Positions 6,463-15,424 of a stretch of 24,864 bases of DNA are shown in pieces (the stretch's first letter is position 1; the number at the start of each line of letters is the position of its first letter). The position numbers were made by a program, and so were the translations under genes. This DNA comes from an archaeon (lineage in GTDB: Archaea; Nanobdellota; Nanobdellia; Woesearchaeales; UBA9642): NCBI GenBank assembly GCA_043806035.1, contig JAZDHK010000014.1:1-24864 (forward strand), given 5' to 3'. The notes beneath the pieces were generated by a model that was not told the origin of the DNA, made no database searches, and was given only the letters and a program-made list of their open reading frames with translations.

Positions 6463-7661
6463 GGCTGCAGTCCAAAAATAGTTTAAGCGGTTCTGAATAG
6501 AAAAGACTCGTGGGCAAACCCCGTATGCGGTTGAACCCACGAGTAACAGGTCCGGTTGACCGGGGCCTGTTGGAGGATGCCTCAGCATACTTGTACAAGA
6601 AGTTTTCGGAAATGCCCGCTCCTGCGGGCGTTTGCCGAGAGAAACGAACAAAACGTGGACGGCCAGCCTGGGATTGGCGCATCGTTGCGGTGCTGCTAAT
6701 CCTATGCGCAGTGCTGCGAAAAACGTGGCTGGATTACGAAGCTGAACTGCGCCGCAGCCAGCGACTGTACAGCGTCTTTGGTACCGACAAGTTGCCCAGC
6801 AGGGCAACCTTGTACCGAGCGTTTCGCGCCTGGCCACTATCGGCGTGGCGACAAATCATGATGCAACTCATGCGTGAGGTCGTCCACGACGGCATGAACC
6901 TTGCCGTCGACGCGACAGGCGTGACGCTACGTCATGCCAGCACGTGGTTCGTCGCACGAATCGGTCGGCACGTCAAGAAGAAAGACCACATGAAACTGCA
7001 CGCACTCTGGGCCACCAGCCTTGGACTGATTATCGACTGCCGTCTGACACGTGGCAGTCGCAGCGACGGGCCAGTGTTCCGACTCATGCTTGCGCCGCTG
7101 CGCAAGCTGGGCCTGGTCTTTGGCGACAAAGCGTATTGCTGCAAGAAAACGATCGAGATGATCATCAAGCGTGGCGGCAGCCCATTTCTCGCATTCAAAA
7201 AGAACGCGAGCAAAAATGGCATGAGCCTCTGGGCGACGCAAGTGCGCTTTCGAACTGGGCCATTCTGGTGGATGTGGACGAGCATCTACCACCAGCGTAG
7301 CAAAATCGAGAGCGTTTTTAGCGCCTTAAAACGGCGCTATGGCAGCAGCTTGCGCTCGACGACGCTGTCGTCGAGAAGACGCGAGCTCTTCTTGCGTGTG
7401 GTCGCCTATAACGTCCGGCAGCTCTTGTACATCAGGTATGCTCGAGAGCATAACCTCGCACTCTGGGTACGAACACAGTAACGACAAGCGACGACGAAAT
7501 CGCGGTCAACACTAGTCGGTAGACCGCCGCTAAACCATGCCTGTGAGCTATGCTCACCGGTTTGAGCTTCGTGATGCCTCACCTGCCCGAAGTTCCAGAG
7601 CTTCGTTTCGGTACCACACTGGCTTTTGTTTCAAGGCAACAGCCATTATTGAACTGCAGCC
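6463..7661 (+). mobile_element. Complete IS5-family insertion sequence (IS903-like), 1199 bp
   Basis: 17-bp imperfect terminal inverted repeats: GGCTGCAGTCCAAAAAT (6463-6479) and ATTATTGAACTGCAGCC (7645-7661), 15/17 match. Perfect 9-bp target-site duplication GCTTTGCTT at 6454-6462 and 7662-7670. GGC ends and a 9-bp TSD are typical of the IS903 group. Confidence 0.92.
6510..7481 (+). CDS. IS5-family DDE transposase
   Basis: AVDATG, KLHA, GDKAY and the Y-2-R-3-E-6-K signature YHQRSKIESVFSALK. Confidence 0.93.
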   Translation: MGKPRMRLNPRVTGPVDRGLLEDASAYLYKKFSEMPAPAGVCREKRTKRGRPAWDWRIVAVLLILCAVLRKTWLDYEAELRRSQRLYSVFGTDKLPSRATLYRAFRAWPLSAWRQIMMQLMREVVHDGMNLAVDATGVTLRHASTWFVARIGRHVKKKDHMKLHALWATSLGLIIDCRLTRGSRSDGPVFRLMLAPLRKLGLVFGDKAYCCKKTIEMIIKRGGSPFLAFKKNASKNGMSLWATQVRFRTGPFWWMWTSIYHQRSKIESVFSALKRRYGSSLRSTTLSSRRRELFLRVVAYNVRQLLYIRYAREHNLALWVRTQ

Positions 7662-7679
7662 GCTTTGCTTGGAAATGGT

Positions 7680-10600
7680 TTATTCGTTCCTATACGTCAC
7701 GAGAAGTTTTGGTCTGAGATCCTCTCTCGGCGTGCTGCTGCTGAGGAACTGATGTGTTTTTTCTCCTGTTCCAATAGGTGACAACAGAAGGATGCCGTAC
7801 GGTGCATCGCCCTGAACATAGTCGATGACGTATCCATTTGCATTCAAAGCCACCCAGCCCGTGTAGTCGACGTACTCTGTAGACGTGCTATACTTCTTGT
7901 CAAAGCCTGGAGTGGATTCAGCAGTAGTCTCATCTTCTTTCCAGTCTGATGCAATATGCCAGAGTTCGAGCTGGCACGGGACAGAGCCTCCTTCAGTGGT
8001 GTTGAGCAGCAACAGCAGCGTTGCATTGGTGACGTACAATCCCTTCTCCTTAATGATGTCTGGTCTGTAGCGGAGGAGTATCAACTGCTTTACTTCATCG
8101 CTGCTCAGCAAGAGCGTCGGTGCGTTGCCAAAGTTCTGGTCGGGCTTGCTATAGTCGACGTACGTGTCTTCCATGATCTCCTCGCTCGGTTGGAAGACGA
8201 GCGTGCACGTGCCATCGTTATTGTTTCTGGTGTAGTACTTGCCAGGCTCGCTACCTGTCAGGCAGGGAACTTCAGGAACTTTATAGATGACATCAAGATA
8301 GGGTCTCAGCGCTTTTTCTTCTTCAGAAGTATTGCTGCTGAGCATGGACTCATCTTTACAGCCACTCCCGGGAAGGACCACGAACCCATAATTCGGAATA
8401 GCAGCATCATACATCCTCACGAAAGTGGTAACATCGCCTTTCACCCAGTCAAGCATGCCTCCAGTCATGGGCACGGTTCCCATTTCAGGATAGGGCTCTG
8501 GCTGGTTGTTCCAATTGAGTCTAAGTTCGTCCCAGTCTTGTTTGATGGGCACCACGTCGAATCCCGTGCAGCTACCCGATGATCCTGTATTGAAAAGGCC
8601 GAATGTCGCTATTAGTTCAAGCGGTGCTGTCTTGATCGGGGTAAGGTCGAATTCCACATAAGCATACTTCTTCTTGGACGATGTCGCGCTGATTCTCAGC
8701 AGGTTGTCCTCTCCGAAATTATCATACGTTTCTTCCTCTGAAGCATACGTGTCCAGAGAATACTCCTCACTTGGCTGGAAGTGTATGGAGCAGGTGGTTG
8801 TATCTATCATCGTTGTCGTGTATTTGTCTGGCATGTTTCCTGTCGGGCAGGAGAACGACGGAGCGACACAATTCGTTTCGTCAAAGTGGCAGTCGGTACA
8901 GTTGAGCGTGCCCGTCCAGCCCTCGCCAAGAAGGGTCGAACAATTTTCTTCATTCAGATTCTGACCATCGCACTCTTCGCCAGGATCGATGATGCCGTTG
9001 CCGCACATCGTGCATGCTGACGTGTTGTATGCTGAACAGTTGTGTAGGCAGGATACTGTTCCTGCAGCGAAGCCAAGGCTTGTGCAGCTGCTTCCGTTCA
9101 AGTCAATACCATCGCACACTTCCGGATCAACGGTTACATTGTCTCCGCAAGCGCGAGGCATGTACGTGATGTTGAGTTTTGGACGGAGGCGGGGGTTTGA
9201 GAGGTAGTTGCTGCTCGCCCACCACCACGTCCCTCTGCCCGTTCCTGGGTTAGACACGAACACTTCCATGCCATAATTTTCTCCCACCAACCACGTGTTG
9301 ACGAGAGCGGTGATGTTGAATGAGATCCAACCTATCATGTTTGAGGGGATTGATGGAGAGTCGATGACCGCCGCACCAGCTCCGGGTGCGTTGTTCCAGG
9401 TGATGGTGTTTTCAGACCAGGCTTGCAGTACAGGCAATATGCTGAAGATGTAATTTCCCTGGCCGTGTGAAGCGCTGTATTGGTAGAAGGAAACGTTCGC
9501 CCGCACTATTGATACGTTCGGAAGAGGGGCTAAATTGAATTCGACAAAAGGATATGCGAATCCAGGAGAATAAGCTGGTTCGGCGGGAGGACCTATAGTT
9601 GCACCCGTCGGCGGTCCTCCTCCAATTCCGGAAATTTGTATGTAGGAGTGCAGGCCCAATTTGATGAGGGATCCGTGAGGATAACTTGCCTCATTGGAAT
9701 CTATGTACGAATCCTTGCCATACGTAGCGCTTGGCTGGAAGACAATCGTGCACGTGTGATCGCCATTGTCGGTAGTTGTGTAGTAGTTGGTAATGTTTCC
9801 TGTGGGGCAGTAGCTGTTGATGCCGCACAGGCTGGTGTTGAATCCCTGACAGTCTGCATTGCATGCGAGCAGTCCTGGAGGCATGCCGAGCGTTAGGCAG
9901 GTCGTGCCTCCCAAATCTGTGCCGTCGCACGTTTCATTGGGAGCAGTCAGTTCATTGTCCCCGCACACGAGTACGTGCGTGCAGGTTTCGTTGCAGAATC
10001 CGTATATGCCGTTGTAGCTTGCATTATCACAATTCTCTCCCGGTGAGATGAAGCCATCGCCGCACACGGCAGAGATGACCGGCTGGTAGGCGACAACCAG
10101 TTTTGGCCGCACGTCAGCTAGGCTGCTTGAGCTGTTCCAGAATGGCGCTGAGTGTGCCTGGCTGCCGAACAATGCCATGCCATAATTTTGGAATGATCTA
10201 TTCACCCAGTTTTGGACGAGGCTGTTCAGGTTGAAGTTCCACCACATGTCATTCATGGTTGCAGCATCATACGCTGCCTGTACGTATGCTGCGTCATAGT
10301 CGCTGGCGTTGAGTCCCTCTTGCGACCAGTACACTGGCGTTGAAGTATTCTCTCGCATAAACGCTGTCGCTTTCAACTCATCCCAAGAAACGAGCATGCG
10401 ATGCACCTGCATGTCAATGCTGCCTTCGGCGTCTATGATACTGTCGTACTGGAAGAGGAAGAGCGTGGCATTGGTGATGTTTGCATTGTACGGGATGGGT
10501 GTTATGTTAAATTTGATCAAGGTGAGCAAGCCGCCGTTCTGCCAGCTGCTGTTGTAGTTTGCCTTAAGCGCGAAATCATTGCCGAAGTTTGTGATCTCGA

Positions 10601-11444
10601 AAGCATCGGACATGTCCAGATACGTGTCTTCCGCAAGCGTTTCATTCGGCTGGAAGGTGATGAGGCACGTGTTGTCGAGAGGATAGTAGAGCGTGTTGTA
10701 GTCCTGGCCATTCGCCGTGTTGCAGTGCATGCATTGTGATGTGTTGAACGTGCAATTTTCCGTGCAGGCGAGCATGCCTCCCGCCCCGAATCCTCTACTC
10801 ATGCAGCTTTGCCCGTTCAAGTTCGCAAGGCCACTGCCTGGATCGCATTCCTCATCACCAACAACAAATCCGTCATTGCAGATGGGATACAAGCAGGAGG
10901 ATAGGTCAAAGCCCGTACAGTCCTCTTTGCAGCTTACTGTCCCTCCCGCAAAGCCAAGACCAGGACAGGTCATGCCCTCAAGATCCGTGCCATCGCAGAC
11001 TTCCGGCAGTTCAGCGAAATTATCCCCGCAATCGGGCGCTTGGTCTGCAGACCTGAGCTTAATCGTTCCGACAACATTCAGCTTCCAGATGATGTTCATG
11101 CCAGGGCTGACGTTGCCCGTGACATTGGCGGGCAGGAAAAGCACTACCGTATCATTCTTGAAGTGGACGACAATATCGTTGTTGTCAATTATCTCTATGC
11201 TATACGATTCACCATCGATGGTGCGCGGGAGGGTGAAGTTGCGTGCATAACCAAGACTTACGGATCGTGCGAGACGAACCTCTTCAAGAACGACTCCACC
11301 AATGTCCCGCATCTTCGTCATTACACGTTCTTGCTTAACATCGTTGATCTTTGACTGGATGAGGATGACGAAGATGACGAAGACGAGAAGCATGAAGCTG
11401 AACAGAAGCACGAATTCTATGCTGGTTTGTGCCTTGCGGTTCAC
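7680..11444 (-). CDS. Giant pilin-like surface protein: class III signal peptide/pilin domain, six Cys-rich repeats, four DNRLRE-like domains
   Basis: N-terminus NRKAQTSIEFVLLF (K-A/Q-x-x-x-E plus hydrophobic helix). CG(D/N)...ExCD repeats; four modules TCxxxFQPx6D(T/S)Y...RP(K/Y)LxxxY; many N-x-S/T sequons. GTG start overlaps the upstream stop (GTGA). Confidence 0.85.
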   Translation of the reverse strand: MNRKAQTSIEFVLLFSFMLLVFVIFVILIQSKINDVKQERVMTKMRDIGGVVLEEVRLARSVSLGYARNFTLPRTIDGESYSIEIIDNNDIVVHFKNDTVVLFLPANVTGNVSPGMNIIWKLNVVGTIKLRSADQAPDCGDNFAELPEVCDGTDLEGMTCPGLGFAGGTVSCKEDCTGFDLSSCLYPICNDGFVVGDEECDPGSGLANLNGQSCMSRGFGAGGMLACTENCTFNTSQCMHCNTANGQDYNTLYYPLDNTCLITFQPNETLAEDTYLDMSDAFEITNFGNDFALKANYNSSWQNGGLLTLIKFNITPIPYNANITNATLFLFQYDSIIDAEGSIDMQVHRMLVSWDELKATAFMRENTSTPVYWSQEGLNASDYDAAYVQAAYDAATMNDMWWNFNLNSLVQNWVNRSFQNYGMALFGSQAHSAPFWNSSSSLADVRPKLVVAYQPVISAVCGDGFISPGENCDNASYNGIYGFCNETCTHVLVCGDNELTAPNETCDGTDLGGTTCLTLGMPPGLLACNADCQGFNTSLCGINSYCPTGNITNYYTTTDNGDHTCTIVFQPSATYGKDSYIDSNEASYPHGSLIKLGLHSYIQISGIGGGPPTGATIGPPAEPAYSPGFAYPFVEFNLAPLPNVSIVRANVSFYQYSASHGQGNYIFSILPVLQAWSENTITWNNAPGAGAAVIDSPSIPSNMIGWISFNITALVNTWLVGENYGMEVFVSNPGTGRGTWWWASSNYLSNPRLRPKLNITYMPRACGDNVTVDPEVCDGIDLNGSSCTSLGFAAGTVSCLHNCSAYNTSACTMCGNGIIDPGEECDGQNLNEENCSTLLGEGWTGTLNCTDCHFDETNCVAPSFSCPTGNMPDKYTTTMIDTTTCSIHFQPSEEYSLDTYASEEETYDNFGEDNLLRISATSSKKKYAYVEFDLTPIKTAPLELIATFGLFNTGSSGSCTGFDVVPIKQDWDELRLNWNNQPEPYPEMGTVPMTGGMLDWVKGDVTTFVRMYDAAIPNYGFVVLPGSGCKDESMLSSNTSEEEKALRPYLDVIYKVPEVPCLTGSEPGKYYTRNNNDGTCTLVFQPSEEIMEDTYVDYSKPDQNFGNAPTLLLSSDEVKQLILLRYRPDIIKEKGLYVTNATLLLLLNTTEGGSVPCQLELWHIASDWKEDETTAESTPGFDKKYSTSTEYVDYTGWVALNANGYVIDYVQGDAPYGILLLSPIGTGEKTHQFLSSSTPREDLRPKLLVTYRNE

Positions 11445-11911
11445 GTGATCACCCTGAGCATGACAAATGTGCCGTTGCTTTCCACCTGGAACTTCCTGCC
11501 CCCTTGCAAGTACGTGAGATTCGTGATGAACCCTGTCTCACATGGTGTTATGCTGCAATTGTCCCCTGCTAAATCGAACTGTACCCTGAGCGGGACGTCG
11601 GAGAAGAAGACGCTCTCGCCCTCACCTGATTTGCTAATGTGCCTGATGGCTAGCTCCGTGCCGTTGAACAAGCTGATGTTCTTGACTTCCTCGGGGACGT
11701 TGAAACGCATCGTTGCACGATTGCCCTCGCCGAGCGCATACACTTCTGTCGCCTGATCGACGAGCGTCTTGCCAATGTTGTTGATCTGCGTCTTGATGAC
11801 ATCCTCATTACTCGTCTGGACGTAACTGTAGATGAAGAACACGGCAGGGATGATCGCGCCGAGGGTTATGCCTACGATAATCATGTACTCAAAAGAAATT
11901 TGCGCCCGCAT
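11441..11911 (-). CDS. Class III signal-peptide (type IV pilin-like) protein
   Basis: MRAQISFEYMIIVGITLGAII. Start placed at ATG 11911 after GAGGTG; TATA-like TTTATAAA at about 11949-11956. Confidence 0.85.
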   Translation of the reverse strand: MRAQISFEYMIIVGITLGAIIPAVFFIYSYVQTSNEDVIKTQINNIGKTLVDQATEVYALGEGNRATMRFNVPEEVKNISLFNGTELAIRHISKSGEGESVFFSDVPLRVQFDLAGDNCSITPCETGFITNLTYLQGGRKFQVESNGTFVMLRVIT

Positions 11912-12021
11912 CCCACACCTCTTCACAAGTAGTTCTGAGCGGGAGAGATTTATAAAGTTTTGGGCGTGGGCAAATGTGGTCTGACCGTTACACATTTAAA
12001 GGGGGCGCTTTTTTGCACAGC

Positions 12022-12795
12022 ATGCGCATCGGCATTATCGGCGGAAGCGGACTTGATGACCCATCCATTCTTCAAGATGCCAAAGACAAAGACGTCACGA
12101 CGCCGTTCGGCAAGCCGAGCTCACCCCTCAAAATAGGGACCATTGCAGGTAAATCAGTTGTACTCCTCGCGAGGCACGGCAGGCAGCACACCATCACGCC
12201 ATCACACGTCAATTACCGAGCAAACGTGCACGCGCTGAAGCAAGAAGGCTGCACGCACATTCTCGCAACGACCGCAGTAGGCAGTCTGCGCGAACACATC
12301 GGCAGAGGGGACATGGTCATTCCCGACCAGCTCATCGATTTCACCCATTTGCGCAACAACAGTTTTTTTGATCAGTTCGAGCCTAACTCGCCCGTCCATG
12401 TTTCTCTTGCAGAGCCGTTCTCTGCGGCATTGCGGGCAGTGCTTATTGAGCAGGCGAAAGCGCTGCAGATGCACTATCATGATAAGGCAACTCTCATCAC
12501 TATTGAGGGTCCACGATTTTCGACACGTGCAGAGAGCAATCTCTTCCGGATGTGGGGTGCGGACATCATCAACATGTCTATTGCTACAGAGGCAGCGCTC
12601 GTCAGAGAAGCAGGCATACCGTATTCGGTGATTGCCATGTCGACGGATTATGATTGCTGGAAGGAGGATGAGGAACCCGTGAGTTGGGAAGCAGTGCTCA
12701 AGACGTTCTCAGAAAATGTGGAGAAAGTAACTCGTTTGCTCATCAGCACCATACCTGCAATTGAGGACAAGAAGACAATTGGTGAAAAAAAGTAA
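12022..12795 (+). CDS. mtnP: S-methyl-5'-thioadenosine / purine nucleoside phosphorylase (MTAP family)
   Basis: IGIIGGSG, TPFGKPS, LARHG, VNYRAN, TAVGSL, IEGPRFSTRAES, INMS, TDYD. Start ATG 12022 with TTTAAA about 22-27 nt upstream. Confidence 0.93.
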   Translation: MRIGIIGGSGLDDPSILQDAKDKDVTTPFGKPSSPLKIGTIAGKSVVLLARHGRQHTITPSHVNYRANVHALKQEGCTHILATTAVGSLREHIGRGDMVIPDQLIDFTHLRNNSFFDQFEPNSPVHVSLAEPFSAALRAVLIEQAKALQMHYHDKATLITIEGPRFSTRAESNLFRMWGADIINMSIATEAALVREAGIPYSVIAMSTDYDCWKEDEEPVSWEAVLKTFSENVEKVTRLLISTIPAIEDKKTIGEKK

Positions 12796-12809
12796 GGCCT
12801 GGTGATTAC

Positions 12810-13352
12810 GTGAAAGAAGCTACCCTTGATTTGAGACACAAGATACGTACCATTCCTAATTGGCCGAAGCAAGGCATCATGTTCAAGGACATTACTACCT
12901 TGTTGCAGGATGGTCCGGCATTTCAAGAGCTTATCCGGCAGTTGGTCGCGCGGTACAAGCCGCTGCATGTCGGTGTGATCGCAGGCATAGAATCACGAGG
13001 GTTCATCACTGGCGCAGCAATTGCGAATGCATTGGGTGTTGGCTTCATCCCGCTCAGGAAGAAAGGGAAATTACCAGGAGAGACCATACGGGAAGAGTAT
13101 GATCTCGAGTATGGCAAGGACGTTCTCGAGATCCACAAAGACGCATTTTTACCGGGAACGCAGGTGCTGCTCGTGGATGACCTACTTGCGACGGGAGGGA
13201 CGGCGCTTGCTGCCTGCAAACTCATCGAGCGTCTGGGTGGAAAGATACTCGAGTGCAGTTTTATCGTTGACCTTCCTGATCTTGGTGGGAAGAAGAAGCT
13301 CGAGAGCGCGGGTTACTCTGTTTTTAGTCTCGTCACGTATGCTGGTGGGTGA
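12810..13352 (+). CDS. apt: Adenine phosphoribosyltransferase
   Basis: PNWPKQGIMFKDIT, GIESRGF, RKKGKLPG, YDLEYG and PRPP motif VLLVDDLLATGGT. GTG start after GGTGA. Confidence 0.96.
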   Translation: MKEATLDLRHKIRTIPNWPKQGIMFKDITTLLQDGPAFQELIRQLVARYKPLHVGVIAGIESRGFITGAAIANALGVGFIPLRKKGKLPGETIREEYDLEYGKDVLEIHKDAFLPGTQVLLVDDLLATGGTALAACKLIERLGGKILECSFIVDLPDLGGKKKLESAGYSVFSLVTYAGG

Positions 13353-13398
13353 TGCTGTCGTGCAGAATGGGATGCAGGGTGATTTTTTTGAGGCTAAC

Positions 13399-13407
13399 TT
13401 TTATAAA
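13399..13407 (+). promoter_or_regulatory. Probable TATA box for tRNA-Leu
   Basis: TTTTATAAA about 52-60 nt upstream of the mature tRNA 5' end. Confidence 0.55.
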
Positions 13408-13458
13408 CGGCAACGTGTTGTACGCGTACTGCAGTGTGTGACACGCGCACTGGCTGAC

Positions 13459-13542
13459 GCGGGGATGCCAGAGTGGCCAAATGGGGCACGTTTAGGGCGT
13501 GCTGGCTTAGTGCCTTCGTGGGTTCGAATCCTACTCCCCGCA
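13459..13542 (+). tRNA. tRNA-Leu (anticodon TAG), no intron, CCA not encoded
   Basis: Acceptor stem GCGGGGA/TCCCCGC plus discriminator A; D-arm CCA..TGG; anticodon stem GCACG/CGTGC with loop TTTAGGG; long variable arm; T-arm GTGGG TTCGAAT CCTAC. Confidence 0.97.
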
Positions 13543-13666
13543 GCCTTTTACAAAAAGGTTGGCGAAAAGTGTGCGTTTCGCACTATCGTGCTCAAGCGCA
13601 CGAAACGTCTTTTTGCGAAACTTTTAATATGACTTCTGAATGATGTGCCCTTCTGGAGGGGTTACT

Positions 13667-14089
13667 GTGCGTATGTTGCTGTGTGGACTTGTGGGCGTGG
13701 CTTTGCTTGGAGTAAGTTGTGGCAAGCAGGAAGATCCTGCCGTGCAGGCCGCTTATGATGGTATGCGTCAAGCGACGAATCATCCGTTTGTGCTCTCAAA
13801 AACTAGCGAGGGCAACACGCTTGAGGGCGATATTTTCCTAGAGCAAGACAGCAGCCACGTCATCTTCTATGATGTAGACAAGGATGGGAAATTCACGAGC
13901 GCTAGTGATTATGGTCTTTTGAATGGCAAGGGTACTGTACGGTTCACGTATGGCGACACGTTCACCATCTTTAGCAAGCCAATTCCTGCAGGTGTTGTTT
14001 ACGAAGCATGTCTCAAGCATAAAACTCTTAATAAGGACAAGATTCTGAGCTGGGAAGAATATCAGAAATATACTCGGTCTGAACATTAG
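13667..14089 (+). CDS. Putative secreted/lipoprotein-like protein with a DxDxDG motif
   Basis: GTG 13667 follows GGAGGGG. MRMLLCGLVGVALLGVS-C-GKQ resembles a signal peptide with a relaxed lipobox; DVDKDG is a possible Ca-binding loop. The start could instead be 13640 or 13673. Confidence 0.65.
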   Translation: MRMLLCGLVGVALLGVSCGKQEDPAVQAAYDGMRQATNHPFVLSKTSEGNTLEGDIFLEQDSSHVIFYDVDKDGKFTSASDYGLLNGKGTVRFTYGDTFTIFSKPIPAGVVYEACLKHKTLNKDKILSWEEYQKYTRSEH

Positions 14090-14475
14090 GGCTTGAGCAA
14101 TTCTTTAAGGTCTGCGAGGAATTGTTCTGCTCCTTCATGTTCTTCTTTTTTCTGCTCTTGCATGTCAAGAATCTCTGGCAGGATGTAATCGAGTTCGCCC
14201 TGGTTGGGGTGTCCCGTGAGCAAGAAAACACTTTTGTCTTTGTATTTGCTGGCTATGTCCGCACAGCCCTTTGGCGTTCCATCCCACTCATATTCATCAT
14301 GTCCTTGCAGGTCGTATCTTTCGCCAATTTGGTGTGTCTTGAGCGCTACGATAGAAAATTCGCCAGGGAGAAGGATGACTGGTTCGTTATAGTTTTGGGT
14401 GATTTCTGTCGGTTCTATCTTGCCGTCTAGCTGATGGTCAAGTGCATTCTTGATGTGGTCTGCAATGTCATTCAT
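14086..14475 (-). CDS. Hypothetical protein
   Basis: 129-aa ORF with upstream AAGGAA and TATAAAT about 25 nt upstream; converges on the previous gene with overlapping stops. Confidence 0.65.
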   Translation of the reverse strand: MNDIADHIKNALDHQLDGKIEPTEITQNYNEPVILLPGEFSIVALKTHQIGERYDLQGHDEYEWDGTPKGCADIASKYKDKSVFLLTGHPNQGELDYILPEILDMQEQKKEEHEGAEQFLADLKELLKP

Positions 14476-14575
14476 GTATTCCTTTTAGAAGAGCCAGTAT
14501 TTATATGTTACTATTTAGTAGTTATTGTTCTCCGAAAACGTGCATGTTCAATAGTTATTTTCTAATGATTATTCT

Positions 14576-15424
14576 TTATGTACTATTTTGTGATGGTTGT
14601 TCTGTAGTGGCTGTGTTTGGTTTCTTTGAAGCTTTTTCTGGCAGCTTCCAGTCTTGCAAGCCATATACCGTTGAGGGCACCATGAGATTCCATTTTCGCA
14701 CGTACTTGAATTTGTTGGTTAATTGCCATCTTCCTCTGCTGACAAGATAATATGTCTTTTTAGGGACTCCTTTCCGTATGGGGGTGAGTTGCTCTTCTGA
14801 AATGGGCCTGGACTTTGACAGTATATCCAGGAGCAGACCTGCCTTTGCATACAGGACCTTTTTCTTGTATTTCTTGAGATATTCAAGGACTTTTACCGGG
14901 TTTAGCGGCATTTTGGGGAGAAGCACAAGGAACGAGTCAAGTGCAGGTATTGTCTTTATTGTCCTTATGACCTCGAGGAAGGTCCGTTCAAGGTCAGTGA
15001 ACAGGATGCTGATAACTTGATGCGGAGGGATGTAGATGGGTTTTTCGATGACGCCGAGGTCGCCTAGCTTGCTTGGTTTTGTTTTGATGATGTATTTGCC
15101 GAGCTTGAACGTGTGTCTTGCTTTGGCAGCAAGCTCTATGGCATCTGGTGCCTTGGGAATATGCCCGAGGTGATGTAGGAACAGGGCCGCCTTTCCTTTG
15201 AAATAGGCATTTTTTGTCAGGAGACTGGCAACATGAATGGGACTGGGGCTGTAGTTGGGATCATCTAATGGCAATATATAGTATAGGCCGGGTTTGATAA
15301 CTTTTATCAGGCCTTGTTTTTTGTATCGCTGGATTGCGTTCTTTTTCTGGGCGTAGCTCTTGTGTTTGAGATCATCAAGCGTGAATATTCTTTTCTGGTA
15401 GATGGTGATGAGTTTTTTATCCAT
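14576..15424 (-). CDS. AbiEi-family (type IV TA antitoxin-like) transcriptional regulator
   Basis: N-terminal wHTH-like end LIKVIKPGLYY, AALFLHHL, TDLERTFLEVI, KAGLLLD, KWNLMVP. Confidence 0.75.
   Translation of the reverse strand: MDKKLITIYQKRIFTLDDLKHKSYAQKKNAIQRYKKQGLIKVIKPGLYYILPLDDPNYSPSPIHVASLLTKNAYFKGKAALFLHHLGHIPKAPDAIELAAKARHTFKLGKYIIKTKPSKLGDLGVIEKPIYIPPHQVISILFTDLERTFLEVIRTIKTIPALDSFLVLLPKMPLNPVKVLEYLKKYKKKVLYAKAGLLLDILSKSRPISEEQLTPIRKGVPKKTYYLVSRGRWQLTNKFKYVRKWNLMVPSTVYGLQDWKLPEKASKKPNTATTEQPSQNST

Noticed and set aside
6418-6837. S8e with a 140-aa N-terminal extension
   Set aside because: The frame runs antisense through the IS end and promoter by chance; S8e homology begins at ATG 6417.
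7537-7752. 71-aa passenger ORF in the IS
   Set aside because: It crosses the right TIR and overlaps the adhesin antisense; no recognisable motif.
13021-13632. 203-aa ORF
   Set aside because: It overlaps apt out of frame and spans the tRNA gene.
14086-14475. Response-regulator receiver domain (VFLLTG, FLADLKELL)
   Set aside because: No recognisable acidic pocket, phospho-Asp or KP motif; left as hypothetical.
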